The notes beneath the pieces were generated by a model, which saw only the letters and a list, made by a program, of their open reading frames with translations, had not been told where the DNA came from and did no database searches. DNA of 64,000 nucleotides from Antedon mediterranea (lineage: Eukaryota > Animalia > Echinodermata), in the NCBI RefSeq assembly GCF_964355755.1, contig NC_092671.1, forward strand, positions 8,432,001 through 8,496,000. The letters are read 5' to 3'. How positions within the stretch are numbered: position 1 is the first letter of the stretch; each line of letters begins with the position of its first letter. Positions 36,360 through 50,260 of this stretch are shown piece by piece. A program made the translations under genes and the position numbers.

Positions 36360-39300
36360 GGGTGCTTGACTGCGATACGAAACAGGTAGCTTTCATTCAC
36401 TTTATTCGTTCATTTTGCCTGACTTTAATCATTATGTTTTAGGCTTTAGACACATCGTTCGTACACGGTTGATATAATTGTTGTTGGAACAAAAATGGTC
36501 AATGAAATCTTCTTTGTTCATGAAATGTTGTATATAAAATAACTTGTATTAATTCTTAACTATACAAAGAATATTAACAATAGTTTGTGACTGTTCCGAT
36601 TAGATAATAAACCTAATAGTACATTCACACATTTTAATGCTCAAAAAAACTTATTATTCAGTTCTTTAACATATTAAATGCAATTGGTTTAAATAAGTTT
36701 TATAATTGTGTATATAGACCTATTCTTAGACAGTGGTTCTTAGATGAAAGTAGTAGTTACAAATGAATATGTGTAACACCATCTAACATGTCTATTAGTA
36801 ATATGCCTTCACTTATTAAGTTAATGGTCTTAAAGCACTATCACACACCATTAATTAATCGCAGAGGAAAAGTCAATGTTTATTGCTAGGGAAGAGTAGA
36901 GATCATGAGTCGCAGTGCTGTATCAATCCTTAAACAATGACATTTCGTAAACACCATTCAAATAAATGAATTCTACCCACAAAAAAACTTTACGTAAATT
37001 ATTTTTCTTACGTATACGAAAAAACCTTCATACATGCCAAGAATAAATAATTAATAATAAATAAAAGTAATAACAATAAAAGTAAAAATGAATTTAGAAG
37101 TAGTTTTAGAGATTACTTGTAAACATTTTGTACTGATATGTGCATAATTATTCACTTGCTTATAACACAGGCATAGTTGAAATTATCTATTATCGATTTA
37201 AAATGAATAAAAAGATCTTGATTATGAGAGAATACTATATGCTTGATTCAACCTATATAACATTACAGAAAGTTTATAGCTGGCACGCGCGTATCGAAGA
37301 AACACTTAATTGATGCGCGCGTTCAAACTATGATACTAATTGTATGGATGTATACGCATGCGTCGAAGTAACACTAAATTAACGCGCGCATTCTAATCCT
37401 GATAGTAATAATTGTATTGATTTTTTATAAGCGTGCGAAACATTCAATTGGCGCGCACTTTAAATCGGTGATAACGATAATCGCAGTTTCTGTGCGCTAC
37501 TACATTAGGGCTAGGCCTATTATGATCATTACCAGCATATGGCTTAACTTATTTTGAAAAGACGAAAGTGTGTTTTGGTTGTGACCTAACAAAGATATAA
37601 TCTCACTTTGAATCTTGGATGAAGCGATTTACATTTTCTTTAATATATTGGTGCGTACGTTTGAAATATGACTCGATTAAAACGTTTCCGAACAGGTAAA
37701 GACGGACCATAAAAATGTGTGCCCAACAAAAATGAGAAAAAACAGCTCAAGCTTTAAAGATATATTTGAACAAAAATAGGTTATATCAGATGTCAAACTT
37801 TTTTCCAAACAATTTAGATTGCATTTCTGTGAAATTTAAAGCAGTGCTAAGTGGTATCATTATTACTGAATCCTAAACGATACTTTTGCATTCGCTAACA
37901 TTTTGCAGTTATTGACATTCAGTTCTTAAATGCAATTAGAAACTCGTAAAGCGTCACAGCGCCACCATATACCTAACGCATTTTATCTAAATGAGTTCAT
38001 TTTGTCCATTTTCGTAGGCATTCACATATTTTGCAAGATCAATTCCATTTGAGCTAATGGAGAAACTGGTGAATTATTAGCGATATTCAGATGATTGACA
38101 ACTCACTGGTTTAGTTCAGAAATATTCCAGTTTTAAGATGTAATAAAACATTTCCATAATCTTTTGTAAAACGTAATGACGTCAGAATAAAATAATAATG
38201 TTTTTTATATCAATAAGTATTTGTTGCATAATTGTCTTCATAATATAAATTAGTAATTGTATTAATTTCGTTTTGTTTTTTGTTTTTTACTTTATAGAAC
38301 TGAATAAAGAAAGACCTTTCTTACAATCAGGATTTTCGTCTGCCGGAATTAAGATTTATTGGAAAAATGCTTATTTGAAATCAACAATTTACTGCTTTTA
38401 AAACACAATATTCGATATTTTGGTTATTTTTCGTGTCTTTATTTTTTTTTTCAATACAATTTTTCTCCTAGTAACCCATGTAAAGATATCCTAAAATGTT
38501 CAAAATTATGATATGCTTAGAAATTGTAATCTCGGAAAGAAAAGTTAGAAGTCTAGCTTATAATACCATAATATCAACAATGTAAATCCTAATAACATAC
38601 AACACAAAATTATTATCTGAAAGAGTATTTAATTTACGGTAAAACATTGTAGCTATTTGAAACACTGCCGTAAATGTGCTTGCGAATGAAATGGTAGGCC
38701 TACGAATCTTTTCCGCGTGTAAACTCTGTGTTCTTTCGTTACCGACTAAATTCGTATCTCATATTTAGGACACACTCATCCGCCTAATGCAAAAAAAAAT
38801 AAATAAAATAGGACGTATAGGCTTCAACAATTACGACGTTTTTTAATAGTAGGCTAGTGTGAATGAGTCTGATAGTGACCCAATAGAACACACGGGTTAA
38901 TCACGAGTGTGTGATCCTATGGGAGTGCACAGCAAGATGGGTAAATGCATTGGTCCCTGGTGTGTTTTCGAAGTGTTCTGGGTTATGGATGCCTTAAGCA
39001 CAATACTTAAGTATAAACTAATGGTTAACTGACAGTTGTATCTGATAAATGCTCAATTATATTAAGGATGAGGTTTAGACTTAAATGTATTTTTTTTTGC
39101 TCTAAAAAGGAAACACGTAAGTGTATATCTAAAATGTTTATCAAAAATGTAAACATTTAAATGATGAAGCCAAAAATATAATATGCGCGCGTGGGCGCAT
39201 TTGAAGACCCACAGACTATGCTGTTGTCATATAAACCCTAGAGGAATTGTTTTTATTATTAAATTAATAATGAGTTAATAATTCATTATTTAATAAGTTG

Positions 39301-42039
39301 CCTGAAGAAATATAACATAATCTTCTAAACAAAAATGTAATACCGTACAACATTCCAACAATTTGAACAGTTGCGATACACCGTTATTGAGAAGGAAAAT
39401 AAGCTGAAGATATTCAAAGTTATACGAACATGTCATAAACCAGAAATTTGAATAATTAATTAAAACAGGGTTAAAGTAAAACTTCTCGTTCAGTTCCTCT
39501 TTTAACAAACAAAAAATCCAGAACAAAATTTACATTTTTAAATCGAATTTGTACGGTACGTATCGCATGTTGGCATGTATTATGGACGCTTACCACCGGT
39601 TACGGGTTTGGCTAAGTTCTATAATACATGGGTTGAGTGTGACAGGGTTTACATGTGAAACACATGATATTCTCTATCAATTTGACTAATACCGGAATCA
39701 TTAAGATTCAGTACCGAGAATGTAATAGAACAGGCAGCATCTCTATTTTGGGAACACAGTCAATAATTGTTCTAGATTAATATGTTTTAAATTAAATTAG
39801 GTTTTAGAAGAAAAATGAATAAGTTTCTGAAAATAACAATGTTTACGTGGTCGAACTTAACGAATGTATATATTCATATTAATATGAAAACTAACTTCCA
39901 CAAAGCACTAAAAGGTTTACTGAAACTAAGAGTAAGGTAATTGTGAGCTAGGGTGAATAAAGAGGGCACGACGAGTGGAAGGTCAGACTTAAGAGGAAGT
40001 GGAATTGGGATAAAGGGTTCAAGTAACACATATTTAGATCAATGGTATAAATACAATAATTCGTGACCATTATTATTATTATCTTCTTTTTTTCTCCTTG
40101 ACACAAAACTGTCATTTTGAATTAATTTTTTTTCTCACTTCAATATGTATTCTACAACAGTTTTAAGGTCAATATTAATGTTTTTACATTAAGTTACCGT
40201 ATAAACCTATTGTTTAAAATTGTACAGTCTGTAAAAAAGAAAAAGTAACTTTATGATGACTTTTCTTATTGAATTTTTTACAAGGTTAAATTGTATGAGA
40301 CGCTTTTATGATTCTTATGTTAATTTGTTAACGCAAACTAGAGCCTAATGCATGATTTATATTTTAATACTTGCAAATATCTAAAATAAGTAATATTCAT
40401 ATTAGCGTTTATCAAAAAACAATTTTCATTAATTTATATTTAAACATGTATTGCATTGTTTGGCCCGAAATTGATAAAATAATTATTTCGTCTTTTATTT
40501 TAAAAAATGACCAAATAAACAAAAACACATTGACTTTAAGACAGCTTCTATGACTTTTTTTTTCTTTAAATTACGGTTTTATCAAATAAATATCTTTAAA
40601 TAATAATTTAATAATAAGAATAGCTATAATATTATTATTGGTATCTCGGTTTCCTAATTAGTATTATATGTTGGTCCACAAGGAAGGATCTACACAATTT
40701 TATTGGTTTACAAATTGTTTAAAATACTTGGATAGATATCAAAAAGTATACTTGTAAAATAATCCTTTATGTAAGGTTTGTAATAGATACATCTTGTTTC
40801 AATAAAATAAGACCAATGTAAGCCGATGACGAGGTAACTAGTTATGGTAGTCGGGATGTGATTACGTCATTACCAATTACACCTTTCAAATATGCGTAAA
40901 TCAACCATCTTAAGGTATTGTGATAATGGGCATGCTAAAGTTAAACATTTAAGATATATCACATGAAATTATCACGCATTTCTAAATGGCAAGCTACAAT
41001 TTTGTATAGTGTCAAAATAATACTGCGGACTAAAATTGAAATAGCAGCGCCATTTCGGACGTGCGCCGTGCGTAACCGTGTTAATGCGCGCGACTGGAAA
41101 ATGTCCAACTCAACTTTGGTTTTTAAAAGTTATCTACCGAGCAATTATAGCCTATCTAACAAATTGTATTCACATTACAGTAGTATTAACTCTTTTCACG
41201 AACAGTATGATATAATAGTAATAGAACATTTTGTTTTTGTATATGGAAGTTACAGAGAATATGTACATATACATCCGAAAATCTGCAGGATTATCGACAA
41301 ATTGACCTTTTTTGAGTTTTGATTTTTTTTTTTAGATTCTGATATGCCAGCTGGTTCATTTCCGCTGTTTAATATTGGACGTGATAGGTCACCTTTTACA
41401 CCAGCATTAGGAAAAGACTAAACACAACAATATATAATACGCTAATATAATTTCAAAAAATATAAATATATATTAAATACCAATAACTTTCTAAGTATTT
41501 CAATATTAAAATAGTAATTAAATGACAAGGAAAAGAAAAGATGTTGCCACTCAAATCCTAGTCAATCAATGCAGCATTTTGGATCTCGATTCCTATAATG
41601 ATAATGCTTGGTGGTGCAGTGTTTAGGCCCTAAATTTAATATGAACCAACACGCTTAGCTCTCAGACACTCCATGGTTTTAAGTTAAAACGTAAAAGATT
41701 AAAACGAAAGAGAAAAGAAACAACCCATACTGAACAACATGGATACGTTACTTAGAGATGGACTATTTGTAGAAAGAACAACACCACTAAATTATCTATT
41801 CCCCAATACGCAGGCTTTTAGGCTCAATGATTGTCATAAAAAGTCATATCGTTTGATGGTGTGTAAGTTCATTGTTAAATCAAACTAATTAGCTTATTAT
41901 TAATGGATTAATTGCCAATACAATCTGGGCTATTAATCAAAATTAAAGACTGAATAAAAAAATATTGACTATAGATAATGTTTTAATGGAATATCAATAT
42001 AGGCCTATTACCTCTGAGAACCGACAAATAGGCCTATAT

Positions 42040-42312
42040 AGGTGGATGTTTCTGAATAGGGATTGGCCGTAATGTAGGTATTATCTCTCATTCTCCTCAC
42101 AGGAAAGTGTTCCCTTAGTTGGTTCCCACTACACAACGCAAGAACGTAGACGCAAGCGAGTTGAACAATGACATTTTGAATATTTTATCGCTTGTGATTG
42201 GTCAAATAACACTTACATTGCTTTACGCCCTTTTGTTGCGTCTCTAGCGAGAACCAAGCTTGGATAGGGGTGTCTCCTGAATAGAGGTGTCCTAAAGGAA
42301 TTGTATTGTAAA
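42040..42312. mobile_element. pogo/Tigger-like MITE remnant interrupted by a nested TIR element (about 42117-42260)
   Basis: CTGAATAGGG..TTGGC...CAC(A/G)GGAAAGTGTTC and GGTGTC motifs are shared with about 8050-8195 and, in reverse, about 11730-11840. The insert is bounded by TTGGTTCCCACTA / TAGCGAGAACCAA. Confidence 0.5.
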
Positions 42313-45145
42313 GGTGTTGCATTTTTAATAATAATGTGATGTGTTTAGCTGTTTTTATATATTGCTAATATCACCAGAGTATGATTTATTTTCATTTTGG
42401 CAGTCGGAAACAACTTTAGGTTACGCAACCCATTTCCTCATATTATATATAAAATATATATTATATTAACTTTTAAATAAGAGAGGATTAAGTTTGTTTA
42501 ATATCGCATCAAATTTATCATGTGATGTGGATTTTAAAAGCTTTTCTTTGACCTGGCTTCCTTCCTTGCAGATTATGGGGGGAAGAGCTGAAGACAAAAA
42601 AGGTTACGTTGAAACATATAAGAATATGATAATATTCAACGTTAGCAATTCATTTCATTGATGATTTATATTTCTGGTGGAAATAATACGTCGTATGCGT
42701 TACACGCAAGATATTGATTTTGTTTCTGAAGTTCCTTCTTGTAGTACCACGTGACTATTATATCTGTCTCCGTTGGGGGTGATTTGTTCATATTTGCCAT
42801 TTTACGGATTTAAATACATAACTTTCATTGAAAGCACATGCAAAGGCAGGAAAAAAATTTACGGTTAGTTTTGGATCGTAATAGAACAGATCTCTAAGGA
42901 GATGCGTTTAGCGAAGTGGCCAAGCGTCGATACCAGTCACTGATCACTCCCATGGTGCTGTTGTTAAAAGGTTGTTTCCTGCTAATACAATGATGCATAC
43001 AGGAGAATACTCGTTATACTAATTTCTCAAACATGTTTAAACAACAAAAAATCCATATATTAATCTTGAATACTAGTTAAGCATTAACTATCAATATGTT
43101 ATTTGTATAGTCGAGAGGGTCCTTAAAAAAGCACGAATTTTCTAAGGGAAAGAACCAGTTTCGTGTTGGTAAACCTTATTATGACGCCCAGATTTTTAGA
43201 TCGGGTATAAATTTTAATTCGTAGTTTTTATCATGAATTCTCCATTGTCTGATTATATTTTATTGTTTTACCATTTTAGGCTTATTATCTTTTTATTATT
43301 TTTCCCCGTTACGTTTCAACACATATAACGATGGATATTCCAATAAAAACGTTAAATCCCAAACTGTCATTTATCATTTTAAAGAATAAACGGTATTGTT
43401 GACGATGGTCTAGAAGCTTTAGCTTTTCACAGTCACTGTATCCGAATGTATACACAATAATATACAGGTTCAACTATTCAATGTAACGTTTTAATCTAAT
43501 GCAATATAGTAAAAATAGTTTAACCAAAATTAATTTGATTAGTGACAACAAACAACATAATATTCAACCAAAACCAGAAAAAATGTGTCATTTGTTGTAA
43601 GCAATTTAAACAGTAAATGCTTTTACCGAAGTAGGGCTACAGTAGGCTTTCCTTTTTATTGAACTACAATGTATTTGATTATTTCAGCTAAAAATATCAT
43701 TATATACATAGAACTGATGTCTGTTATATAATTATTATTTATAAAGAGGTTAGGGAATCTGTGGCACACATATTTTGCCAAAAGAATTTTATCAAAAAAG
43801 GATAATAAAAATATAGAACGCAAAATCAAATATAGGCTATAGTGGAAGGTCAAACATAAATAAAGATTATCATAGAAGTACTTAACTAAAATGGTCTCAA
43901 TTAGGCGAATTGTTTAGAGCTCAGACGTATTTGCCACTAAATGACCCGAACGACCCCGCTATGTTATAGTTCAATTTACAGTCTGCTACAATCCATTACC
44001 GCGCCAATATCTCGATATGCGTCATGATGGAAATCTTCTAGTTATTAAATTCTTCTTTATATCCAAAACAATGTTTTTTTCTCACATTTTTGGAGAACAT
44101 AAAAAGTAAATTTCAAGATGATTTAGTTTAGATTTCACCCAGTTCTAGATCTACTGATCCACCACTTTACTTAATCTCTCTTTTAATCCATGTTGTCAGT
44201 GTAAATCCCCTTTTATATTTAATCCTACACTTAAGATTTAATTCCTATTTATAAGTATAAGAATATGAAGTTACGTCGTGAATAGGTACTTTTTGCCAGA
44301 CAATGAGCCTCCTAATATACAGTCTGAAAGTTAGTACAGTAGTAGTGGGACATGTCAATAGTATAGCAAGTTTTTCCAATAGTTCTTTTACGGTGGTTTT
44401 GTATCCGATGTGTTACGAATTGTATCAACGACAGTAATAACCTTTATATAACACCTAAATAAATTCCTGTCATTTGATTGGACGATTGTGGGTCACATGG
44501 CGTGCAATAGTACGCACTATTAAACGCATCATTCACCTCATGCCATTATTTGTACCATTACACTCATAAACATTCATTATTTGTATAATATCACACTGAT
44601 GGTGGTGTTTTTAAATTACGGTGATCAATACAATATTGGACATGCCTAGCAAATTATAGTAATATAATAATACCTTTCTTCATTCAAATCAGTAAGCTCA
44701 AACAAACTTTTAATATTTCATCATCCACTCTTCGACATTCCTCTTTATGACTATATATGCTTTGTAAAATACACGTGTATGTCACTTTAATGCAAATACT
44801 TAGAAAATCGATCAGTAGAACCGTTTGGAGGTCATGCGTCTATGCGAACAAAAAAAAAGAATCAAAATTAATATCCTAAAATGTGATAATTACGACTAGA
44901 ATCTACTATGAAAATATACGATCGTAAATCTGCCAGAATCTCCGGATATGCATTTTATGGATAATTTCATGTGAACGATAAATATTTTTCAAAAGGAAAA
45001 AAATGTCGATAGCATTGCACTTTTCAAAACTGCCTAGGCCTATACGTAATCTGTTAACGATGATTGAACGAAGTTTCATAATTTTCAAGAACTTCACTAT
45101 TAATTCTATACAGAATAATATTAGCATTTATTAGAATTTCGTTTT

Positions 45146-45530
45146 AAATAACGTAGGCCTAAACTCATTCGATCATGAAGCCGTCCAGGACCTGTTTTCC
45201 TGGAAAACCCTCCTTGAGCCGTCAACTAGGTTGATGTACAACAAGTAGGCCTAGGCCTAACTGAATGTTACATTTGTCTATCATTTCAGGCCTTTATGCC
45301 GCAAACAATAATAAAATAATTATAGAATAGTATATATATTATATAGAATATTTTGCATTAAATAACGTAATCTCATTCGATCATGAACCCGCCCAGAACC
45401 GGTTTCCCATAAATACCCTCCTCTATGATTCGCCACAAATAGGTTGATGTACATAAGGTAGGCCTACAGTAACCGAATGTTACATTTTGTCTATTATTTA
45501 AGGCCGTTATGCCGCGAACAATAATAAGAA
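45146..45530. repeat. Diverged local tandem duplication, about 170-210 bp x 2
   Basis: AATAACGTA...CTCATTCGATCATGAA...TAGGTTGATGTACA...GAATGTTACATTT...TTATGCCGC.AACAATAATAA occurs twice. Confidence 0.85.
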
Positions 45531-48500
45531 ACTATGTCTTTGTCCATGTTTGATTGGCCTAAACATTTTCAATAAACAGACAGAAATTTACTTTAGAAAT
45601 ATTTAGAATAATGAATACTTTATGATTTATCACGTTGACGATCAAACACCCCATAATAAAAAAGTCTACGATAAATATGAATATTTTGCTTTTTCTACAT
45701 TAAATTAATATTATACATTAAGTTCATCCTCTTCCTTTTTCAAGTAGTAATAGTTACATAACTCACAATATGGAAAGCCAAATCCGTCAAATTAGCTTTG
45801 CATACCACACACATTCCAATAATATTTCGTCTACGTAGTAAATCAACTCCTAAGTTTAAGTCATAACTTCCTAATCAATAAATGTTCAGCATTTGTAAAA
45901 ATGTTTCATATTTTATGGTTATTTATTGTTTTTATCACATTTTAGTGAAATGTGACGTTTTAAAATGTTCTTTCGTTTCCTGCGTACAATCGGCATTTTA
46001 CTCTAAATTATCAATTAAATAATATAACTAATTATTATTTGATTTAATAATTATAATGATATCAATATCTGTATTATAGAAATATTATAGAAATAATTAG
46101 GCCCTATACAGAAGAATTTTAGTTCGAATATCGGTTGGGATTACCTTTTCTTATACTCACGCATTTGCCTTTCCCGATAAACATTTGTATTATTATTTAG
46201 TGTTATTTATTTTTATTGTGGAGTTTTTTTTAAACGGAAACTGATATTGTTGTAGGCCTACTCTTCTAAATAAAACAAAAAATATGGCAAGAAAACGTGA
46301 ATTACTATCATGTATGCCGCCCCCTAACGACAGAAGCCATCACTTGCTTTACAAAATAACTCTTACGTCAGACTCTTGTCTAGGTACGCGGTTATTATCA
46401 AAACCAAATCGTTTCAAGATTAATGAACTTCCGTTCCTTTATGGCATGGCCCTAGTCTTAAAGTATCGATAGCTTAAACAAATTAAATTTTCAACAAGGC
46501 AAGTGAAATACCACACTTCATATCCAATCATACATTCATTCATTCATTAAATAATGTTTGGGAAGAATAATACACCTAATATTACCAAACATTGCTGGAG
46601 GCATGGGCCTATTCTGCACAGGAAAATGTAACAGAAAGAATTTATTAATTTTTAATAAAAAAATGTAGGCCCCGATACGTAACATTTAGATACTACATTT
46701 CAGCCTACATAAAACCATGAAAAACAAAATGTTTATCTACTAGATTTAAATATTTTCTTTTTTATTTAAGAAATAAGAGAGCTTTAATGGAAATCAAATG
46801 TAAGTGTACAGTAAAAAGACTTGGACAGTTCAATTTATACTGAGAGCAAGGAAGTCTGTTTTTAAAATAACGCTGCACTGTGACGTCATTAGACATCGTG
46901 TTATTCTTATCGTTTTGTTATTTCAATTTTTATTGATTAATCATTACGAATCCCTAAAATACCAAAGATGCAACATTAACTGACAAGCATTCGATGACAA
47001 CTCTGTCGGGATGCTAGGCAGCCTTGACCCTTCATCTAAGCTAACCTGCCACCCGCCGCTGGATGGTGTCTTCCACTACAAGTTCATGTTTAGGCTAATC
47101 CGCCGTCAAATTCCTTAAACCATTTAATATAGAATCAAAAGCAACGAATAATGTGTCACAAATTTGTTACAGACATTCATATGCTTATGGTTATTTAGCG
47201 TTTCGCTCAGTGGGAGGACTGAGGCAACGCGAAGATACCCCCATGGTCGCTCGTATTGAAAGTTGTACATCTTCATTAAACTTTTCAGGCAAATGTTACT
47301 AACAATACTAGCTATAGAAAAATAAACAATTGTTAGGTCTATTATTAGTATTAATATTTTATTGTATATTTGATGAAACCCTATTTAATAGATCTGTTAT
47401 TTTAGTAAGCAAGTCCAGTTGAATAGATTTATCTTTCTAAACATTGTTATGCATTATATTTTCTTTTTTGCATTTTTTTTTTATAATTACTAAAAAACCT
47501 CAATAAATAAATATATTGAATTAAAATTGCTACTTCATAAATAACAAGCTTTTCTTTGAAAAAAGATTTTCGGTTTTTCAAATTACGATTTCTTGCCTAA
47601 TATTATTAAGCAACCCTTGGAAATATAACAATAGACCTGACCTGGATGGTTGTGTGTGGATAGCATAGGTATAGTAAAAATATCTCTTTTTTAACACAAA
47701 TTTCAGTCTACCAATCAAAACACAGAACGTTTATGAACCTTTGAATTATGAGTGATTAACATTAATAGGAAAAAGTATTGTTGTATGATGTTATTTACGA
47801 TGCCACCTCTCAGACAAATTATTCGTAAGTAATTTGTATGCATCACATAGACCTATGCCGATACTAAATTACCTTTTAAATAAAAATTAAATTAACTTTC
47901 AATGGTTTAACATAATAATCATGAAAATTACATCTTCCTTTCTTCGATCAGTTTAGTAGTATTATTCCTTTTGAACACGTTCCGTTTGACCCGTTGAGTA
48001 AGGCGTATAATACCTGGCCATGACCAAATCAGTCGCCGGAAGTGGAAATATTTTGTTGTCAAAGTTTTTTCTTTCTTCTGAATATTAATATCAATACAAA
48101 TTTCAAATGCATCAAAAACAGATTTGAGATCATTCAATTCAAGTTAACATTTAGTTCTTTCAAAACAAAATAACAATAAAAACATTTCTTTTAATTTACA
48201 AATATTTTATGAGAATAAAACAGACTGGAAAAGAAAGAAGTGTCTTAAAAAAATAATAATACATTTCTTTAAGTTTTGAAATTGGCAAAGTCCCAAAAAA
48301 GTAAAATCAAAAGGAAAAAACCAAGAGAAACTTATTACCAATTCGGTATAAAACAACTTCGAGGAAGTACAATTTTATGTAGCTCCATTTCTTTTACGAC
48401 ATTATTACTGCGTTTTACCCTTGGAATATTATATTTTAATTAAATTCTAGAAAACATGTAAATTATGAATGGTTATGAAATAATTTATAAGCAAAATAAT

Positions 48501-49974
48501 ATATAAGGAACATTTTTCCCAACCCTTTCGAAGGATATAGGCCTAATATACAAACATATATCATACGAAGTAGTGTGGGTAGGGTACTTTTATTTTTAAG
48601 TGATTTCCCATAAAATTAAAGTCACAATATGGCCGTATTTTATTGTATTAGAAGTTTCCGGTTGGTTACTACTTTATTAGTCTTATGTCTGTCCAAATTA
48701 GTCTTATGCGGTCTATATGGTGTTTTAACATGTAATTAACTCGATAGTGGTTCCTGCTCTAGACAAACCCAATATGTCTAACGTATATGAATTTTAAAAA
48801 GAATCATATTCTTGAAATAATGTCATCATCATTTATACATTTTAAATATTTGTGTTGATTTAATCATCGTAATATATTTTTGTAATTAGTTCATACATGA
48901 ATTGGAGGGACACAATATCATCGCACTTAAAAAATAATAATTGTGTTGCTTCACATGGTAATAACTAATGCATCAAACAATATTTTGTATGAAGACCGAA
49001 CAAAATCAGTAATTATTTTCTGGTATAGGCCTAGGTGAAATCTATATTTATAGGCCTAGTGTTATTTGCGTTCTGCCTTTCTTTTTTTTGGCAAGCGTTT
49101 TCTTGTGGTTGCTGGAGCAAAATACATTTTGCCTGTTATGAATAAGCCAAACGAACACAACTTAGAATGACATTGCATTCGTCACCTGTTCCTGGTACAT
49201 TTTTACAGGTTTATAATTACTTACTCAACTCCTCTGGGACTAGTGAAGTGTTGGGTCCCAGAATAAAACCCCAGGGTGGGGAGGCGTGTTTGTTTTTATT
49301 GGCACACACTTGAGAAATAATAACTGTGAACGGAGTTGCAAAACAGATTTTAGTTGGGTAGTTTAGGCCTACACACGTCTGAACACACTGGATTGGTATA
49401 TTCACGATTTAAGGAAGAATAATTAAACAACTTTTGTCTGTACGATCTACAAGAAGTATACAAACACATCTCATTTTAGTTTAAGAACAAATTACTTTAT
49501 TAGTTTCATGTATTTGTGTTGCGGTACTAACCTCCTGCTAATCTTCAAGCTTTAGGAGAACATTCTTTGGAACACGAAGATACTCTAAACAAACATGCAA
49601 CGAGATTTCTAAGAAGTATGACCCCCATTGGGCGTTCGTTGTAACTAATTGTTTGCATGCAATAAACACATTGGTTTAAAGAATATATTTGTAATGTAAC
49701 CTATTTCATACATACCGTAACTAATGCGGCTCTTAATTCCGTAATATCCGTCCACAATACGCCGACCATGAAAGACAATATAATATCAGTATAAATCGAA
49801 GTGATCAAAATAAAAATGCTAGCTTGCACAGGTGATCACATACTTCTGCTTTGACCACCTGGACCAAGGAACCGAAACACAATTCACGACAACAAGCAAG
49901 CATGCAAGAAATACATTTTCCTTTTTGATATATATATACAGTATCGCACATCTTGTCAGTGGACACGCCATTTT

Positions 49975-50260
49975 GACACTCGTGTACAAATGCTGATAGA
50001 AATGGTACAATTTTTGTACGCGCGCATTTAAATGATGATAGAAATTGTACAGTTTTTGTACGCGCTTGTTCAAATATTGATGAAAATAAAACAGATTTGT
50101 ACGCGCGCGTTCAAACACCGTTGAAAATAATACAGTATCTGTACGCGCGCGTTTAAAAACTGATTGGTACTCACGTGCTTTTAAACACTGATGAAAATGA
50201 TACAGCATCGTTAAAAGACTGATCAAATGTGTATCACTTCAATACGCTCGTTTAAACATG
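49975..50260. repeat. Degenerate tandem array (about 42 bp) with TGTACGCGCGC cores; dispersed family
   Basis: Repeated GTACGCGCGC(A/G)TT(T/C)AAA...TGA..(G)AAA..(T)ACAG units. Related sequence occurs at about 37280-37495 and, in reverse, about 140-260. Confidence 0.7.

Noticed and set aside
42900-42960. tRNA A-box-like sequence
   Set aside because: There is no cloverleaf or B box; at most it is a decayed SINE head.
49819-50226. 135-aa minus-strand ORF
   Set aside because: It is a translation of the CGCG-core tandem repeat.
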